From an uncultured delta proteobacterium (lineage in GTDB: Bacteria > Myxococcota_A > Polyangia > Polyangiales > Polyangiaceae): a stretch of 64,000 nt of DNA. The DNA is taken from the NCBI GenBank assembly GCA_963806225.1, contig CAWDXG010000004.1, forward strand, positions 3,904,001 to 3,968,000. Direction: 5' to 3'. Made by a program: the position numbers and the translations under genes. Positions 60,825-64,000 of the stretch are shown piece after piece; the first letter of the stretch is position 1, and every line of letters starts with the position of its first letter. The notes under the pieces were generated by a model. The model ran no database searches. It was not told the origin of the DNA and was given only the letters and a program-made list of their open reading frames with translations.

Positions 60825-62021
60825 GTGGACCAGATTTCCGAGCCCGGGCAACACTCGGCCAGCCCAACTAGCCGCTATTTTGCGTATTTCTGCGCTGCGC
60901 CTCTGGACGAGGCGGAACATCTGAACTGCCGCAGTCGCGCCAAGGTGCTGGTCATCTCCAGCCACCTGGGTGCGCTGCTCACCTTCGTCGCGACAACGTT
61001 GCGCACGGTGTCGGGAGCACTACCTTCGCTCGCCTATCTCGGCGCGATTTCTGCGCTGGGTCTGGCTCTGTTCTTCGCGCCGTTCGTCCTCAAGAGGACG
61101 CAATCCGTCCAGCGTGCCGCGCTTCTGCCCCTCGGCGCGCTCGCGTTGCTCCTTCCGATGCTGCTCGGCAGGACCGGCGGACTTTCCGCGGCCAGCATGA
61201 TGATGCTGCCGGCGTTGCCGATCATCGCGGCGTTCTTCGCCGGATTTCGCGTCGCCCTGGTGTTTGCGGTGCTGCTCGCTCTCGAAACCATCGGCCTTGG
61301 CGTGTTCTCGCACCTCGGCTGGATCCCGCCGCACGAAACGCCGCTGTCGCTCCGGGCGATGCTCGGAGTGGCCTACATTGGCACCACCGCGGCCATCGCC
61401 TACGTCTACGAGCGCGAGCGCGAGGCCGCGGAGGCCCGATCGCGCGCGCTGGCCGACGCGCTCTACGACGCCACCATTCGTGACCCGCTGACGAACCTGC
61501 TGAATCGGCGCTTCTTCGACGAACGACTGAAGAACGAGCTTGCGTTCTCGCGGCGTCACGGGAGTTTCACGTCGCTGTTGTCGCTGGATGTCGACCACTT
61601 CAAGCGCGTCAACGACACGTACGGCCACGCCGGCGGTGACACCGTCCTCGTCGAACTCGCCCACATTCTGCGCGCCAGCATTCGTCAGGAAGACACGGTG
61701 GCGCGCATCGGCGGTGAGGAATTCTTGATACTCCTGCGACAGACCGAGCCAGTTGGTGCACGGACCGTGGCGGAGCGGTTGCGTGCTGCCATCGCCGCGC
61801 ACGGCTTCGTCGTCGGCGCCGAGCGCATCGCAGCGACGGCCAGCATAGGCTGCGCGACGACCACCGGAGGCGACGATGCCCAGGCGCTGCTGTCGCGCGC
61901 GGACGCGCGCATGTACGTCGCGAAACGCACGGGTCGGAATCGCGTCGTCGGTGATCCGGTCGCCGCGCGCTCGAGCGCACCCCGTTCAGGAACAACCACT
62001 CCGGCGGCATGCCCGTCCTGA
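60825..62021 (+). CDS. Membrane-bound diguanylate cyclase (GGDEF)
   Basis: About 5-6 TM segments; DPLTNLLNRR, DVDHFKRVNDTYGH, RQED I-site, GGEEF. Confidence 0.93.
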   Translation: MDQISEPGQHSASPTSRYFAYFCAAPLDEAEHLNCRSRAKVLVISSHLGALLTFVATTLRTVSGALPSLAYLGAISALGLALFFAPFVLKRTQSVQRAALLPLGALALLLPMLLGRTGGLSAASMMMLPALPIIAAFFAGFRVALVFAVLLALETIGLGVFSHLGWIPPHETPLSLRAMLGVAYIGTTAAIAYVYEREREAAEARSRALADALYDATIRDPLTNLLNRRFFDERLKNELAFSRRHGSFTSLLSLDVDHFKRVNDTYGHAGGDTVLVELAHILRASIRQEDTVARIGGEEFLILLRQTEPVGARTVAERLRAAIAAHGFVVGAERIAATASIGCATTTGGDDAQALLSRADARMYVAKRTGRNRVVGDPVAARSSAPRSGTTTPAACPS

Positions 62022-62035
62022 CGCGGTCCGGGTTG

Positions 62036-62155
62036 CCTGTTCGATGCGCCGTGGCTCGGTTTCCGTGGAGCGCTGTGGGACGCCATCGCCGGCCGGTCGA
62101 GCGAAGTTTCCTGCATCAGGTACTAGCGTCCAGTACACTCGTACCACGATGAAGG
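62036..62155 (+). repeat. Direct repeat copy 2, a diverged remnant of the component-1 gene 3' end
   Basis: Translates LFDAPWLGFRGALWDAIAGRSSEVSCIRY*, versus LFDAPWLGFRGALWLTDAIAGRLSEASYIRY* in copy 1. Confidence 0.9.
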
Positions 62156-62973
62156 TCCGGGCGAGGAGGAAGGCGCCGGGCGACCGCCGCGGGATCGCGC
62201 TGCTCATAGCGAGTGGCATCGCGATCGCCTGCAACGGGGGTCATGCCGGGACACGGGGCGCTGGAGGTCAAGCCGGCAGCGCTGGCAGCACGACGGGCGG
62301 CGCAGCAGGCGCGGCGGGAGCAGCAGGCGCGGCGGGCACGGGCGGCACGGCGGGCGCAGCAGGCGCGGGCGGCGCGGGTGGCGTGTCCGGCAGCGCTGGA
62401 GCCACCGACGCTGGCGCCGACGCCGATGCCGGTTGCGCGCTCACCGAATGCAGCGGAGCCTGCGTCGACACGTCAACGGACAGCGCGAACTGCGGTGCTT
62501 GCGGCAACGCCTGCAGCGTGGGCGAGGTGTGCGCAGGCAGCGGCTGCGGGAGTCAGTGGGCGGACTGGCCGATGCCGAACGCGCCGGCGGCGGGCGCCGC
62601 GAACCCGGCGAGCTACGACACCAGCACACCCGGCGTCGTTGTCGACAAGGTCACCGGTCTGATGTGGCAACTCGCTGTCGACACCGGCAGCTACGACTGG
62701 ATCGCCGCCAAGGCCTACTGCGCTGGTCTTGTGCTGGCCGGGCACAACGACTGGCGGCTACCGACGGAGATCGAGCTGTTCTCGCTGGTCGATTCGACGG
62801 CGACCAGCCCGGCGATCGACGCGGCCGCGTTCCCGGGCACGCCCTCGGCGTTCTTCTGGTCGTCGTCGCCGCTCGCCGGCAATCCGGCCAGTGCCTGGGG
62901 GGTCTACTTCAGCTACGGCGGCACCGGCAGCGGCGTCGCGTCGGTTGCCAATCGCGTGCGCTGCGTGCGCTGA
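62149..62973 (+). CDS. DUF1566 (Lcl C-terminal, C-type-lectin-like fold) lipoprotein with Cys-rich repeat
   Basis: Lipobox AIA-C; CVDTSTDSANCGACGNAC; DKVTGLMWQ, DWRLPTEIEL, FWSSS, AWGVYF, VRCVR. Confidence 0.85.
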   Translation: MKVRARRKAPGDRRGIALLIASGIAIACNGGHAGTRGAGGQAGSAGSTTGGAAGAAGAAGAAGTGGTAGAAGAGGAGGVSGSAGATDAGADADAGCALTECSGACVDTSTDSANCGACGNACSVGEVCAGSGCGSQWADWPMPNAPAAGAANPASYDTSTPGVVVDKVTGLMWQLAVDTGSYDWIAAKAYCAGLVLAGHNDWRLPTEIELFSLVDSTATSPAIDAAAFPGTPSAFFWSSSPLAGNPASAWGVYFSYGGTGSGVASVANRVRCVR

Positions 62974-62987
62974 GGTCCGGAGGAGCC

Positions 62988-63467
62988 ATGCATCACCGGA
63001 CCCCGCATCAACCTCTCGTCCTTCGCCGCTTGCGACCCGCGTTCGTGCTGGGCGTTGCGCTCGCGCTTCCCGTCTCGAGCGCGCGCGCCGACGCGCCGGC
63101 GGGCCGCTACACGATCGCCAACGGTACCGTCACCGACAACGCGACGAAGCTCGTCTGGCAACAGACTGCGGCTCCTGCGACGCAGACGTTTTCCGGAGCG
63201 AAGAGCTACTGCGCGGGCCTTGCGCTCGACGGCGGCGGCTGGCGTATGCCCACGGTGAAGGAGCTGATGACCCTCGTGGACTTCAGCGTCGCTGCGCCCG
63301 GACCCACCATCGACACGACGGCATTCCCCGCAGCGCCTGCGGACTACTTCTGGACGTCGTCCACGCTCGCCGCCAATCCGTCCTTCGGCTGGAGCGTCTA
63401 CTTCTACCACGGCTACACGTACTACAAGAGCGTGGCGACGACCTACCGCGTGCGCTGCGTGCGCTGA
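62988..63467 (+). CDS. Secreted DUF1566 domain protein
   Basis: GGAGGAG RBS; signal peptide; GTVTDNATKLVWQ, GWRMPTVKEL, FWTSS, WSVYF, VRCVR. Confidence 0.88.
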   Translation: MHHRTPHQPLVLRRLRPAFVLGVALALPVSSARADAPAGRYTIANGTVTDNATKLVWQQTAAPATQTFSGAKSYCAGLALDGGGWRMPTVKELMTLVDFSVAAPGPTIDTTAFPAAPADYFWTSSTLAANPSFGWSVYFYHGYTYYKSVATTYRVRCVR

Positions 63468-63506
63468 AGGCCCCCCCGGTGCGGGGTTCGTTCGCTCCTC
63501 GCGGCG

Positions 63507-63992
63507 CTACGAGCGGGTCGGCGGCCCCGCACACTCGGTAGCGCACTTGGACTGCTTGCACTGGGTGAACGCCGTAGTGGCCGTATGGCAGTCCGTCGTG
63601 AACTTGCTCTGGCAGGGAGTAGCGCAGTTCGACCCACAGCCGAGATCGATACAGCCACAGCTTGCGCAGCCGCAGCTGTCCTTCTCCGAGCACGTGATGA
63701 TGCACTGCTGGTAGGCGGCGCAGGGACCGCCGGGGCACTTGAAAGCGCCGGAAAAGCCGGAGCCGCACATCGCCTGGCCCTCGCTCGCGCAGTTCTGCTG
63801 GAGACAGGCGTCGCACGAGGGGCACACCGCGGCGCCGCCGCCCCCGCTCCCGCTAGTCGAGCCGCTGGAGCAAGCAGCCAGCGCCACTGCGATCGCCAGC
63901 GCCAAGGCGGTGCGCACTGGCGAGGCGAACAGCCCTTTCACAGCAGGGACAGCGCGAAGCGACGAGGAGTGAACGTGAGCCCGTAGATTCAT
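63507..63992 (-). CDS. Small Cys-rich lipoprotein, hypothetical
   Basis: Lipobox LAA-C; many CxxC/CxxxC motifs. Start uncertain. Confidence 0.65.
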   Translation of the reverse strand: MNLRAHVHSSSLRAVPAVKGLFASPVRTALALAIAVALAACSSGSTSGSGGGGAAVCPSCDACLQQNCASEGQAMCGSGFSGAFKCPGGPCAAYQQCIITCSEKDSCGCASCGCIDLGCGSNCATPCQSKFTTDCHTATTAFTQCKQSKCATECAGPPTRS

Positions 63993-64000
63993 CCACGCAC

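Noticed and set aside
60639..62155. Autonomous IS or prophage
   Set aside because: No transposase, integrase or terminal inverted repeats; only a GGDEF gene lies between the repeats.

Overview
Very GC-rich bacterial DNA with the signature of a myxobacterium (probably Polyangiaceae/Sorangiineae-like): a MYXO-CTERM sorting signal, Gly/Cys-rich lipoproteins, a vWA lipoprotein and a Ser/Thr kinase cassette. I see about 55 protein genes and no rRNA, tRNA, CRISPR array, transposase or integrase. Recognisable content: aroC, a stand-alone chorismate mutase, pntAA/pntAB/pntB, an acyl-CoA dehydrogenase, a LolA-like/LolCDE-like transporter operon, an OmpA protein with TSP3 repeats, a cytidylyltransferase plus two CDP-alcohol phosphotransferases behind a sigma-54-like promoter, and a maltodextrin/starch utilisation set spread over about 43 kb (two GH13, GH15, LamB, MalK/MalE-F/MalG). 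Best findings: (1) an orphan three-gene nitrogenase-like operon (NifH-type Fe protein plus two very divergent component-1 subunits with non-canonical Cys ligands, one with an extra N-terminal domain), with no nif, bch or cfb context; (2) a lipoprotein rhodanese with an in-frame TGA followed by a bacterial SECIS-like hairpin, i.e. a probable selenoprotein cut short in the ORF track; (3) a ~120-bp diverged duplicate of the nitrogenase-like gene's 3' end bracketing an inserted diguanylate cyclase; (4) tandem DUF1566 genes with DGR-target-like C-termini; (5) Asp-to-Asn changes at catalytic positions of both PntB and a GH13. Three single-base frameshifts suggest long-read assembly errors. All family calls come from motif recognition by eye, not from database searches.
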